64,000 bases of DNA, from sequence record MK308675.1, one strand, 5' to 3'. A program made the translations under genes and the position numbers. Shown piece by piece: positions 9,674-18,897 of the stretch. Positions within the stretch are counted from its first letter, which is position 1. Every line of letters begins with the position of its first letter. The notes under the pieces are model-generated. The model did not search any database. It had not been told where the DNA came from and saw only the letters and a list, made by a program, of their open reading frames with translations.

Positions 9674-9962
9674 AGTAAATGGGGTTTCTATCTGCACTAA
9701 GATAGAAAGAGTAGTCATTGGGGACTATGGCGCTTATGTGGAAATAGCACCCGATAACTTCATGGGCCCAATGGATGTCGCTAAAGGACAAGAGTGGCGT
9801 TTAGATAAGGACTACATCGAGCGAGCCGGACTGAGCATTAAGTACTTGTGGTATGAGTGTTTAGGTAAGAAGCTTTACTTCCAACTGGATACCGTGAAGT
9901 ATGCCGATTATAAGCCTGGCTTTTATTACATTTCCGTACTAGATTTTGATAAGGTGAAATAA
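9537..9962 (+). CDS. conserved phage hypothetical protein
   Basis: ERVVIGDYGAYVEI and TVKYADYKPGFYYIS motifs; GAGG SD. Confidence 0.75.
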   Translation: MFTLKSYLDALGKHRKYRPLPKSLKGRHYAVYARALNSFPQRESFKVNGVSICTKIERVVIGDYGAYVEIAPDNFMGPMDVAKGQEWRLDKDYIERAGLSIKYLWYECLGKKLYFQLDTVKYADYKPGFYYISVLDFDKVK

Positions 9963-10723
9963 TGGAACTTGTTGCACTAGAGCATATAGATAAAGAAACT
10001 TGGAACGCTATGCGCTTGCGCTTAATCGACGCTGTGGATGAGGCACCTAAGGGATGGAAGAAAGACGGCTTCCGAAATTCCCTTGCTTGTCTGACAACGG
10101 CATTTGAGAATAGAGATTACCTGGAAGTGCGGCCAATTCATACTCGAGACAGTCTCTTTCGAACGTCCGGAGATACCGTGGACGGCGGTTACTTAACTTG
10201 GTATGTTGAAGATGACCTTTTAGGACTACTTGTCGCAACCGAAGCAACGCAGAGTTCGCTTTACGCACATCACGGCATTAACCTAGAATACCCCTTCGTC
10301 AGTGCTGATGCGGTCACGCATCTGATAGCATCTTCGGAAGAGGACTACATAGAGTTCTTGTCTGGTGGCACAGACTATATTCGAATAGCGACCGACTTCC
10401 TCCATGTTCCAACGAAGTCACACGTAATGACCTTTACGACGTCTAACTGGGACATTCGAGAAGCTGACATTGGATTAACAACACCGCCTTATAGTAAAGT
10501 GCCTCATTTCGAAAAGCTTCGCATGTTGGAACAGGACCGCAAGAAATCGGTTGCCGTTTTACATCGCTGTATTGAAGAAAACGTACGTCTTGTCAAGCAC
10601 ATGGGCCACCCTGCCGTCATTGAGTCGATTAATCTCATTGGCCTTACTAAAGACGATATGAGCTTTAAAGTTCGTTCTTGTGATGAAGTTTTCTCATGTA
10701 GTTTCCTAGAGTGGCTGGATTAG
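9962..10723 (+). CDS. hypothetical protein
   Basis: 253-aa ORF, stop/start overlap. Confidence 0.75.
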   Translation: MELVALEHIDKETWNAMRLRLIDAVDEAPKGWKKDGFRNSLACLTTAFENRDYLEVRPIHTRDSLFRTSGDTVDGGYLTWYVEDDLLGLLVATEATQSSLYAHHGINLEYPFVSADAVTHLIASSEEDYIEFLSGGTDYIRIATDFLHVPTKSHVMTFTTSNWDIREADIGLTTPPYSKVPHFEKLRMLEQDRKKSVAVLHRCIEENVRLVKHMGHPAVIESINLIGLTKDDMSFKVRSCDEVFSCSFLEWLD

Positions 10724-10776
10724 CGTCAAATCTAATAGACCTATAAACACCAACCTAAGAACTAAGAGGCTCCGCC

Positions 10777-12993
10777 ATGTCGTTAATACAAAGCGATGCC
10801 CCTTTCTTTATAGATACGCACGCAGACATAGACCCACATAAGTTTCTAAGTACTACGTGTGGCTATGAAGCATGGGAAATCGAATATGCTTGTGAAGCGA
10901 TTGACTTTATTCTAAACGCACTACCCATGGTGCGCTGTGAAGAACACAACAACGTTGTCCGCGTCGGTGGATTCTGGGCAAGAGACTTGAACAATGACGT
11001 GCGTAAAGAATGGGGTTCTCAAAGAATCAACAACTCTATCTTTATAGATTTAAGTGCACGTCAGTTAGTCTTCCATAGTTTCTTCGCAGTAGAAGTTCTT
11101 TACATCTTAGAAGTCTTAAAGAAAAGACAAACTAAGACGTCCAACTCGGCCATCGAAGAGATGTCCCGAGCCATCTACGAAAACACGTGGATAAAGAAAG
11201 CTCAAGAGCGTTCGCCGTTATCTATTAACTGGTCGGCCATCTCTCGAGACATGAACGTTACTCTGTTGGAATCTCAGCGTAACTTCATTGTTAACTATTC
11301 CCGTTACGTTCCTAAGATGAACCTAAACGGGATGATGTTAGCAGCTCCTCCTGGTACAGGTAAGACAATTGCCGGATTCAGTTTCTCGCTAGCAATGAGT
11401 GCTGACATCACCATCTTTGCTGTTCCTAAGAACTCACTTACTGAGGTTTGGGAAGAGACAATCAAAACGCGCTTTAAAAAGAAGCAGAAGTATTGGATAA
11501 GTACGCGGGGCGATAACCCTACAGGTAAAGAGAAGTATATTATCTGTCACTACGAATCCCTACAGAAGCTTGTAGATATTGCTCCGCGTTTAGCAAGTAA
11601 GAATGTCGTTATTTGGCTCGATGAGTCCCATAATTTTAATGAGGAGTCATCTACCCGTACCAATCGCTTTGTTAGTCTTTGTAAACAATCTAGAGCCGAG
11701 CATGTAGTCTGGGCATCTGGCACACCTCTAAAAGCTATCGGTAAGGAAGCAGTACCTTTCCTTACAACAACTGACCCTCTCTTTACAGAAGCCGTTAGAA
11801 AGCCTTTCATAGGTATCTTCGGGTCGACTAAAGCTCGTGCACTCGACATACTACATAACCGTCTAACTAAGGTTACGTTTAAAGTTGAGAAAGCAACAGT
11901 CGTTAATAATGAGAAAGAAGAATACGTCACTCACATTAAGACGAAAGATTCACACCTTTATACACTAATGCAGGTCCGTCAAGACGTTAAAGCTTTTGTC
12001 CAGGAGCGTAACGTCCACTACCAAGCAGAGATGCCTGAGATTGTAAGACGAACACAAGAACTGCTTAGTAACTTCGAGACTACCCGTAAGACCCAAGAAG
12101 AGAAAGTTGCTTACCGCAATTATCGCTTTATGGTCGAAGAAGTACGTAAGGGTCTCAACATGGAACTACATAAAGACTGGCTCCCGTTGATGAAGCGCTA
12201 TGAAAAAGAAGAGATAGAACCTACGATGGATATGGCTACGAAGAAAGAATTTCGTAAGCTTATCTCTCGCTACAAGTATATCGTTCTTGTTATTCGCGGA
12301 GAAGCACTAGGACTAGTAGTTACACGCAAACGAATCGATGCAATTAAGTCTTTAGTGGCTGAGTCTCCTTTTGGTAGCATTATTAACCAATCTGAGAAAA
12401 AGACGCTTATCTTTACGTCTTATGTGGATGTAGCAAACGCAGTAAAAGATAAAGTAAAAGGTCAGGGCTTTGAGCCACTGATGGTCTATGGCAGTACTAA
12501 CTTGCAGCTAACAGACATAATGACTAAGCTTAAAGAAGACCCTAAAGCCAACCCGCTTATTGCAACCTACGCTTCTCTTTCTACAGCGGTTCCCGTCATC
12601 GAGTGCAACACGGTAGTCCTCTGCGATGAGGCATTCCGCGTACACATTCGCAAACAGGCCATTTCGCGTGTCGACCGTTTAGGTCAAGATGCCAAAGTTC
12701 ACGTAGTCTCGCTTCTTTTAGATACGAGACCGGACGATAACATCACTACTCGCTCTTTAGACATCATGAAGTGGTCTAAGGAAATGGTAGACCAAATGTT
12801 AGGTGTCGATAGTGAAGACGAAGTAGAAATTGCTATGGAAAGTTGCTACGACCTCTTAGAACAGACCGAAGAATGGGAAGAAGTTCCTAGCATTGAAGGC
12901 TACCGTGTAGAAGCGGAACCTATTCCTGAGAAAGTAGTTAACTACTCTTGCATATTTGATATTCCTCGTCGTTACTTCCAAGAAGCAGCATAA
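10777..12993 (+). CDS. SF2 (DEAD-like) helicase, probably virion-associated
   Basis: Walker A APPGTGKT, Walker B DESH, motif III SGT, motif VI QAISRVDRLGQ; late motif at 10729. Confidence 0.85.
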   Translation: MSLIQSDAPFFIDTHADIDPHKFLSTTCGYEAWEIEYACEAIDFILNALPMVRCEEHNNVVRVGGFWARDLNNDVRKEWGSQRINNSIFIDLSARQLVFHSFFAVEVLYILEVLKKRQTKTSNSAIEEMSRAIYENTWIKKAQERSPLSINWSAISRDMNVTLLESQRNFIVNYSRYVPKMNLNGMMLAAPPGTGKTIAGFSFSLAMSADITIFAVPKNSLTEVWEETIKTRFKKKQKYWISTRGDNPTGKEKYIICHYESLQKLVDIAPRLASKNVVIWLDESHNFNEESSTRTNRFVSLCKQSRAEHVVWASGTPLKAIGKEAVPFLTTTDPLFTEAVRKPFIGIFGSTKARALDILHNRLTKVTFKVEKATVVNNEKEEYVTHIKTKDSHLYTLMQVRQDVKAFVQERNVHYQAEMPEIVRRTQELLSNFETTRKTQEEKVAYRNYRFMVEEVRKGLNMELHKDWLPLMKRYEKEEIEPTMDMATKKEFRKLISRYKYIVLVIRGEALGLVVTRKRIDAIKSLVAESPFGSIINQSEKKTLIFTSYVDVANAVKDKVKGQGFEPLMVYGSTNLQLTDIMTKLKEDPKANPLIATYASLSTAVPVIECNTVVLCDEAFRVHIRKQAISRVDRLGQDAKVHVVSLLLDTRPDDNITTRSLDIMKWSKEMVDQMLGVDSEDEVEIAMESCYDLLEQTEEWEEVPSIEGYRVEAEPIPEKVVNYSCIFDIPRRYFQEAA

Positions 12994-13057
12994 AGATAAC
13001 CTCTTCTATCGAAAGATAGAAGAGGAATCTTATGAACCACACTTTAAGGAACTAACA

Positions 13058-13759
13058 ATGGCTAAGAAACTATGGCCTATTGAGTTCGGACCTTTCTATA
13101 CACCAGAGCAATTAGCTTCCATGGGCACCTTCGAAGGCAGGTACTGGGAATCGGTTGCTAAGTCAGGTAAGAAACCAATAGGTAACATGAAAAGTTGGAA
13201 GTCTTTTGAGAACGTCGTATCTTTTTCAAAGGAAGAAAGAGACCCTAAAAAGTTTAATAAGTTCGGTGTTAAGTCTCGTTCTGATTTAAGCGATTGGCGC
13301 TCTAAAGGCTGGCTGACTAAAAACTCTCCTTTTGGTCACTACCAATGGTACATTCACTTCTTCTTTGGTCGTCGAGAAATCGAACACAAAGGTAAATCGG
13401 AAGACGAATGGCAGATTGGAAGATGGCGCTCTTATATTGCGCGACATATGGGCGGTATAAAGGCAAGAGGTGGAGCTACCGACAAACAGAAGCAAGGCAT
13501 GTTGCAGTGGTACTGGAACTATGAACATTCCTTTAACGAGAAGAGAATCGAAACCAACGCTAAGAAGATGGCTCGGGCCACCAAGTCAGAAATCTGCACG
13601 ATGGACGAGTTCTTAATTGAATATGGCTTTAAGAAACCGCCTAAAGAGAAAGAAGAAGTTTCTCAGGAGTCCCTAATCGTTACGACTAATCCTTGGGAAG
13701 AGTCTCGAGAAGAAGTTAAGATTATTACACCTGAAACTCACCCTAGTTTCTTTTACTAA
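13058..13759 (+). CDS. conserved uncharacterised protein (P-x-x-TP-x-x-L...QWY...GRR...QI-x-RW family)
   Basis: AAGGA SD before 13058; late motif at 13026; recognisable Trp-rich motif set. Confidence 0.7.
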   Translation: MAKKLWPIEFGPFYTPEQLASMGTFEGRYWESVAKSGKKPIGNMKSWKSFENVVSFSKEERDPKKFNKFGVKSRSDLSDWRSKGWLTKNSPFGHYQWYIHFFFGRREIEHKGKSEDEWQIGRWRSYIARHMGGIKARGGATDKQKQGMLQWYWNYEHSFNEKRIETNAKKMARATKSEICTMDEFLIEYGFKKPPKEKEEVSQESLIVTTNPWEESREEVKIITPETHPSFFY

Positions 13760-13768
13760 AGATATGAT

Positions 13769-13800
13769 GTCCTCTCTGTCTCCTAGGAGACAGAGAGGAC
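13769..13800. terminator. bidirectional terminator, 32-bp perfect palindrome
   Basis: GTCCTCTCTGTCTCCTAGGAGACAGAGAGGAC between convergent genes. Confidence 0.75.
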
Positions 13801-13804
13801 TTTA

Positions 13805-14311
13805 TTAGTCCAGTTTAGGTAAATTGTAGATAGCCGAGAATCGATTAGTTGTAGCGTATTTGTATACTTCTGAAATGGGCTTACCTGAAGGCTTATCGTC
13901 GTCGGTGTAAAGTAAATCCATGATAACTATGGTCTTAGCGTAGGATTTACGTAGCTCTTCAATTTGACGAACATATTCCAATTCAACGGTTTTCTCATAC
14001 GAATCTTTAGAATGTACTAACTGTTCTACATCGGTCATGTCGCCTTCTTTACCTTTAGCAAAGACTTTAAATGGAGACTTGTCGTATGACGTAGCAATTA
14101 AGATACGTTTGTCCTTTTCGTAAAGTCCTAGAGCAGTGGCGATAAAGGTATAGATTTCATCCGCTACAGCTTTATTCCAAGTACCGACGCCAATGACAAT
14201 AACTTCTCGCTTTTCGAAGGTTTCTTGTGCGCCCGCCAATGTTTCGCGGATTTTATTCATGGCCGTAACTTCTTTTAAAGAGGCATCCATGATTGGATTG
14301 GTTCTTAACAT
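13805..14311 (-). CDS. hypothetical protein
   Basis: AGGAG SD before ATG 14311. Confidence 0.7.
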   Translation of the reverse strand: MLRTNPIMDASLKEVTAMNKIRETLAGAQETFEKREVIVIGVGTWNKAVADEIYTFIATALGLYEKDKRILIATSYDKSPFKVFAKGKEGDMTDVEQLVHSKDSYEKTVELEYVRQIEELRKSYAKTIVIMDLLYTDDDKPSGKPISEVYKYATTNRFSAIYNLPKLD

Positions 14312-14362
14312 TACTATTCTCCTGTTTGTTCTACATGATTTCACAGTGAAGTTATAAGGAAT

Positions 14363-14389
14363 CTGTCTCTCCTTAAAAAGGAGAGACAG
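14363..14389 (-). terminator. intrinsic terminator-like hairpin
   Basis: CTGTCTCTCCTT/AAGGAGAGACAG stem just after the stop of 14394-15803. Confidence 0.65.
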
Positions 14390-14393
14390 GATA

Positions 14394-15803
14394 TTAAGCT
14401 ACACCATACTTACGCAAGAATAAGCCAAGCTCATTATTTAAACGAATGACGTATTTCTCATTGGTATCTTCATGAACTACAACTGGGAGACCAATATGGA
14501 TTTTCCAAGTAGCCCCAGTGTTACCGACTGCCCAAGTAGTATTAGCGGCAATTGCACCGTTCGCTTCAAAGACTTGTCCTTGGTAAACAACTAGGTCGCC
14601 AGCAGCATAGGCTTCAGACGCAACATAATCCGGAACTGGTTTACCCCACGTCGCATTGCCACGCAGAACCTTACCTCGGTCGCTAGAAGTAGGTGCAGGT
14701 ACGCTGCCTGAAGAACCACCATGGGAAGCTGTTGCTCCTTTCATAATGTTTCGTGCAGCAATAAGCGTAGAACCAATTAGCTTAATAGGTCCTACGTACC
14801 AGTTAGAGGTGTTCGAGGTTGTTGCTGTTTGGAAAGGCGTTGAAGTATTAGCTGCGTGTGAACCTATGCAGACTGCGAAGTACTCGGCATCGTCACTAAT
14901 TACAACATCGTTAGCATTGTAAGCAATGCTATCACGCCACAGGCCTCTAAATCCAGTTACGTCTTCGCCACTGACGATTGGTTTCCAGGTGTCGCCTGTC
15001 GTTCCTGGCATAAACGTGGACCGCGATGTCGCGCCATTAGCTTTCCATTGAATTCCTTTATGGAATGTCAGTGCGTCAGCAGGGTAAGCTTTACTGCCCG
15101 TCCAGCCTTCAATGACTGCTCCCCATTCGCCGTCAGACTTTAGAGCTAAGTTAGGGTCAGCCGGTAACTTAGGTACAAGCCCTGGCTTAATAACGGTTGC
15201 TTTAGAGCCATTAGGGTCGAATTGTTGGTCAGGCCATGCTTGGAAGTATGCGCGCCATTTATCCGTGTCTGTCGCACCTGGGTTATAAACAGCATCGTTA
15301 AAGTTTGTTGCTGAGGATGACGTATGGTCCGTCGTACAGATTAGGAAAAGGCCATTGCCTGCGTAAATGTAATCGCCTAACTTATAGTTAAAAGACGATT
15401 GCCAGCTACCTTTAAAGTTTTCTTCATCCGATGCGTCTAGTGCAAAGCGAATAGGTGTCCAGCGTGAAGTCTCGGTACCAATTAACGGATTAGGTAAAGG
15501 CCCATTTGCTCCGTTAGCTTTTAGATAGATGTTGCCAAAGCGAATTAAATCGCCTTTAGCGTAAACGCGAGTGCTGTCGTGCGGCGCGATGTTCAAGTCG
15601 CCTAATTCTGGTGAAATCCAGTATTGGTCAGTGTATCCCGTAATAGGAATGCGGTAAGTTGTCTCTGGTAAACTATCAGCCAAAGTAGCGGCTTTGTACA
15701 TCAATCCCGTTTCATGACAAAAAACGATGCCTGGAGTTGGATGATGCGCCTTCATTTGCGCGATAGTATCTTTCATTAGACCGTTTATGGTAGAAACGTT
15801 CAT
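14394..15803 (-). CDS. tail fibre-like protein with five CBM5/12-like carbohydrate-binding repeats
   Basis: repeats of Y-x-x-G-D-x-V/I...Y/F-x-A/C...W; fibre motif MKGATAS...VPAP...K-x-LRG-x-x-TW. Confidence 0.7.
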   Translation of the reverse strand: MNVSTINGLMKDTIAQMKAHHPTPGIVFCHETGLMYKAATLADSLPETTYRIPITGYTDQYWISPELGDLNIAPHDSTRVYAKGDLIRFGNIYLKANGANGPLPNPLIGTETSRWTPIRFALDASDEENFKGSWQSSFNYKLGDYIYAGNGLFLICTTDHTSSSATNFNDAVYNPGATDTDKWRAYFQAWPDQQFDPNGSKATVIKPGLVPKLPADPNLALKSDGEWGAVIEGWTGSKAYPADALTFHKGIQWKANGATSRSTFMPGTTGDTWKPIVSGEDVTGFRGLWRDSIAYNANDVVISDDAEYFAVCIGSHAANTSTPFQTATTSNTSNWYVGPIKLIGSTLIAARNIMKGATASHGGSSGSVPAPTSSDRGKVLRGNATWGKPVPDYVASEAYAAGDLVVYQGQVFEANGAIAANTTWAVGNTGATWKIHIGLPVVVHEDTNEKYVIRLNNELGLFLRKYGVA

Positions 15804-15964
15804 AGTTAAAAAATCCTTATAAGTGCACTATAGGGGTCATTAAATTAGTCCGCTCTAAATAAACTCGTTTATTTAATGGCGACAAATCTTCTAGAGTATG
15901 ACCAACATTTATATAACAAAAAACATACCTTTTCACCACACCTTTCCTGTAAGGGGAATAAAAG

Positions 15965-17011
15965 ATGACAAGTAAAAAAGTAAGAAGCATGGCTTGGTTC
16001 CGTGATTACTTTTCAGATGCTAATTCTGGAGTAGAGAATGGGATACCTGACGGTTTCGAAATCACAAGTGAAAACGGTGCATTTACCATCGTTAAAATTG
16101 TAGGCGAGGACAGACACGTTCTTGGCTCCATGGGTATGGAAGAAAGCTTCTTCCGAGACTCCATACGTACGGGTTCTTCTTCCGTACAAGTAGGTGGTCG
16201 ACACTCCATGGGGTCGGCAGGTGAAAATGCCGGCTTCATTAATCTACATACAAACATTTTTTACCATCCGGGATTATGGCACGGAATAGGCATCGATGGA
16301 GAAGACGACTATTTAGAAACCACTCGACATCTAGAAAAACTAGAAGAAGTGCAAACGGACGCGGGCGGCTACGGTAGTCTCTTTATCGATTACAACTTTT
16401 TAGCTAATCCGTTCTCTTTTAATTTCTGTCTTCATCGCGTCAAGTTTTGGCCTGAGGCGTACCGCGGTCGCATTGTTTGGGAAACCATAATGGATGGCGG
16501 TGAGGTATCGAAGGCTTATGCAGACATTGATACTGATGGAAACACAGAATATGTCTTGCAGTTACCGTATCCGATTTTTGTCCCCAAAGGTAAAGCGGTT
16601 ATTTATCGTGTAACAAAAGAAAACGGCGCATATCTAAGAATAAAGAACGGGGATACTGACCCAGCCGTAGGTATGCGTACTGGCTATCTAAGACGATACG
16701 ATGACTACCAGGCGATTAATGGCTATTGTTTTATAACTGCTTCTGGAGATTATCTCCATAATGCACATCACTTGGTAGATGCTTCGGGCGGTGCCATTGT
16801 TGTCGACGTTGAAGACAATAAACATTTAGCGGCGTTCTCAATTAGGGACGCTAACGGCACCATAGGCGGTGCCAACACTTTAGAAATACAGTTCGGCGGA
16901 CAAGGTTCTGTTAACATTGTTAACCCTAATCACTATTATACTTTTGTTAAGGATAAAGCAGGCGAGTGGTGGGCACTCAATGAAATTACCGGAGTCAACC
17001 GAAAAGTTTAA
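15965..17011 (+). CDS. putative tail fibre/baseplate-associated protein
   Basis: late motif at 15885; beta-rich; C-terminal VDASGGAIVV segment of fibre-attachment type. Confidence 0.55.
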   Translation: MTSKKVRSMAWFRDYFSDANSGVENGIPDGFEITSENGAFTIVKIVGEDRHVLGSMGMEESFFRDSIRTGSSSVQVGGRHSMGSAGENAGFINLHTNIFYHPGLWHGIGIDGEDDYLETTRHLEKLEEVQTDAGGYGSLFIDYNFLANPFSFNFCLHRVKFWPEAYRGRIVWETIMDGGEVSKAYADIDTDGNTEYVLQLPYPIFVPKGKAVIYRVTKENGAYLRIKNGDTDPAVGMRTGYLRRYDDYQAINGYCFITASGDYLHNAHHLVDASGGAIVVDVEDNKHLAAFSIRDANGTIGGANTLEIQFGGQGSVNIVNPNHYYTFVKDKAGEWWALNEITGVNRKV

Positions 17012-17034
17012 CCCTGTAAAAACGGAGTCGGTCC

Positions 17035-17958
17035 ATGACAGACACTATTATTATTACCTTAGGGGCTGATGTAAAAGCAGCCCAAGATACTGTAGGCGAT
17101 GCGGACAGTGGACTGGTAAAGCAAGTTAATGACCTTTCCGGTCAATCCACTTCTTTTCTCGTTGACCGAAGTGACAGCAGTCAAAATTTGGACACTTACC
17201 TTTCCCCAGGACGGTTTTATTTAAGTGCCGTCGATGACGCCCCATCCGCACTAGACGGTATATCGGAGTTTATTCTTAGCGTTAAGTCTGGACCTGTCGA
17301 TGAAGACCATTATGTCGTTCAAGAAATTTCAGGTCTTAACAATTCGGACAATGCGCCAAAGCTCACCAGAACTATTTTTGTAAATGCCGATGGCAGTTTA
17401 GGCCTAATCGGCTCATGGCGAGGCGTAGGCACAACCGTCGACATGGAAACTGCCATTGCTAGCCTAGATATTAAAACGCGTTATCCCGAAGTTACTGTCG
17501 GCAAACAATGGTCTTCTACTGAAACAGACGACTATGCAGATATTTTAGTGGGCCAAGAACTTTCCCCTAATTATACCGGCATTACTTTTGATTTGGAACT
17601 ACGTACTCGTTTAAACGGCGGAGATTATCAGTGGGCTCTTTATGCTACTCCGTCGGGTGGGTCGGTTAACACAACATGTTGGTTTGCGAGAACCAGTGAC
17701 CTGGGCACAGGTGGCGGTACACAGCGCGAAGCTATGACTAGCTATGTTAAGTTCAACCGTAACCAAAACTCGCGAGTGGCTGTAACGGGCTGGCAAGATA
17801 TCGACAACCCTACAATCTTTACCTTAGTAGTTTCTCGCCACGGTAGTACCGACCCTGACGCTACGATTATTAAGGGTGAGTACATGTTTAACGATTCGGA
17901 CTACGGAATACTTAACTTCCGTGTTGTGGGCGTTAATGAAAACAACATAACGATATAA
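17035..17958 (+). CDS. tail fibre/receptor-binding paralog 1
   Basis: N-terminus DTI...D...TVGD...GLVK-x-VN-x-L shared with next two genes. Confidence 0.6.
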   Translation: MTDTIIITLGADVKAAQDTVGDADSGLVKQVNDLSGQSTSFLVDRSDSSQNLDTYLSPGRFYLSAVDDAPSALDGISEFILSVKSGPVDEDHYVVQEISGLNNSDNAPKLTRTIFVNADGSLGLIGSWRGVGTTVDMETAIASLDIKTRYPEVTVGKQWSSTETDDYADILVGQELSPNYTGITFDLELRTRLNGGDYQWALYATPSGGSVNTTCWFARTSDLGTGGGTQREAMTSYVKFNRNQNSRVAVTGWQDIDNPTIFTLVVSRHGSTDPDATIIKGEYMFNDSDYGILNFRVVGVNENNITI

Positions 17959-17967
17959 GGAAGCATC

Positions 17968-18897
17968 ATGAGTGATACAATCGTCCTAGGACTACAGGCT
18001 GACGTAGATGCCCTTAAAACTACCGTAGGTAACAATAGTTCAGGCTTAGTGCAAGCCGTCAACCAGTTAGAGTCCGAAGGCGGAAGCGAAATTACAGACC
18101 GCACTGGCGAAGTAGTAAACTTGAATAACGAGTTAAATCCTCAAGTGGCTTGGTTGTCTGAGGTTACTAATCTCCCATCGGATGCCCCTACTACGGGAGC
18201 GCTCTATCTCTTGACAATAGAGGGCGTTCGAGACCAAGCCGAACAAACCGTGAAACAAACGGTTTCGCTCTTCATGCCAGGCAATGATTTCCCAGAAGGT
18301 CAATGGTCACGTCATGTCTACTTTAGTGGAAATGCCGTGAGTGGACGTTCTGATTGGCGAACGGACCTTTTCACTGGCCCTCAATTGGACCGGTTCAGTA
18401 TTTACCATGAAGAGATAGCACGATATTCCGGTAGACTTGTTGCAGCCGGTACTTCATCTGAAAACTTTAATTCTCAGTTTATGGTTCCAGATACTAAAAT
18501 TGGAAATGACAGTTCGGAGTTTAACATTCGTATTGACTCTTTCCTTTCAGGAACAACTCCCGGTATTCGTATCTCGGCCGATAGTGCTAATACATGCAAC
18601 TATTTCATGGGCTATATGCTGTCTAACGACTACGGTGCTAATGACACAGTAGAAGAGCAAGCCTCTGAACATTACGGTTCCATGACGCGAAGTCGCGATA
18701 CGCGAGAATATAAACTAGGCCCACACGCCTCACGTCGTAGCGTTTACTTTAGAATCGTAATAGGTCGCGGTGGCGGTAACAATAAAGAAAACATGGTTGT
18801 CGAAGGCAACGTTACAAGAGGCGAAACAGACAACGAAGTTGTCTGGGCTTGTCGTGTGGTTTCCAATAGCAAAAATAACGAGGTAGTCGATGTCTAG
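17968..18897 (+). CDS. tail fibre/receptor-binding paralog 2
   Basis: shared N-terminus, divergent C-terminus. Confidence 0.6.
   Translation: MSDTIVLGLQADVDALKTTVGNNSSGLVQAVNQLESEGGSEITDRTGEVVNLNNELNPQVAWLSEVTNLPSDAPTTGALYLLTIEGVRDQAEQTVKQTVSLFMPGNDFPEGQWSRHVYFSGNAVSGRSDWRTDLFTGPQLDRFSIYHEEIARYSGRLVAAGTSSENFNSQFMVPDTKIGNDSSEFNIRIDSFLSGTTPGIRISADSANTCNYFMGYMLSNDYGANDTVEEQASEHYGSMTRSRDTREYKLGPHASRRSVYFRIVIGRGGGNNKENMVVEGNVTRGETDNEVVWACRVVSNSKNNEVVDV

Noticed and set aside
17956-17970. In-frame junction between fibre paralogs 1 and 2 as read-through
   Set aside because: Stop is TAA, a good AGGA SD precedes ATG 17968, and gene 2 begins with its own paralogous N-terminus.
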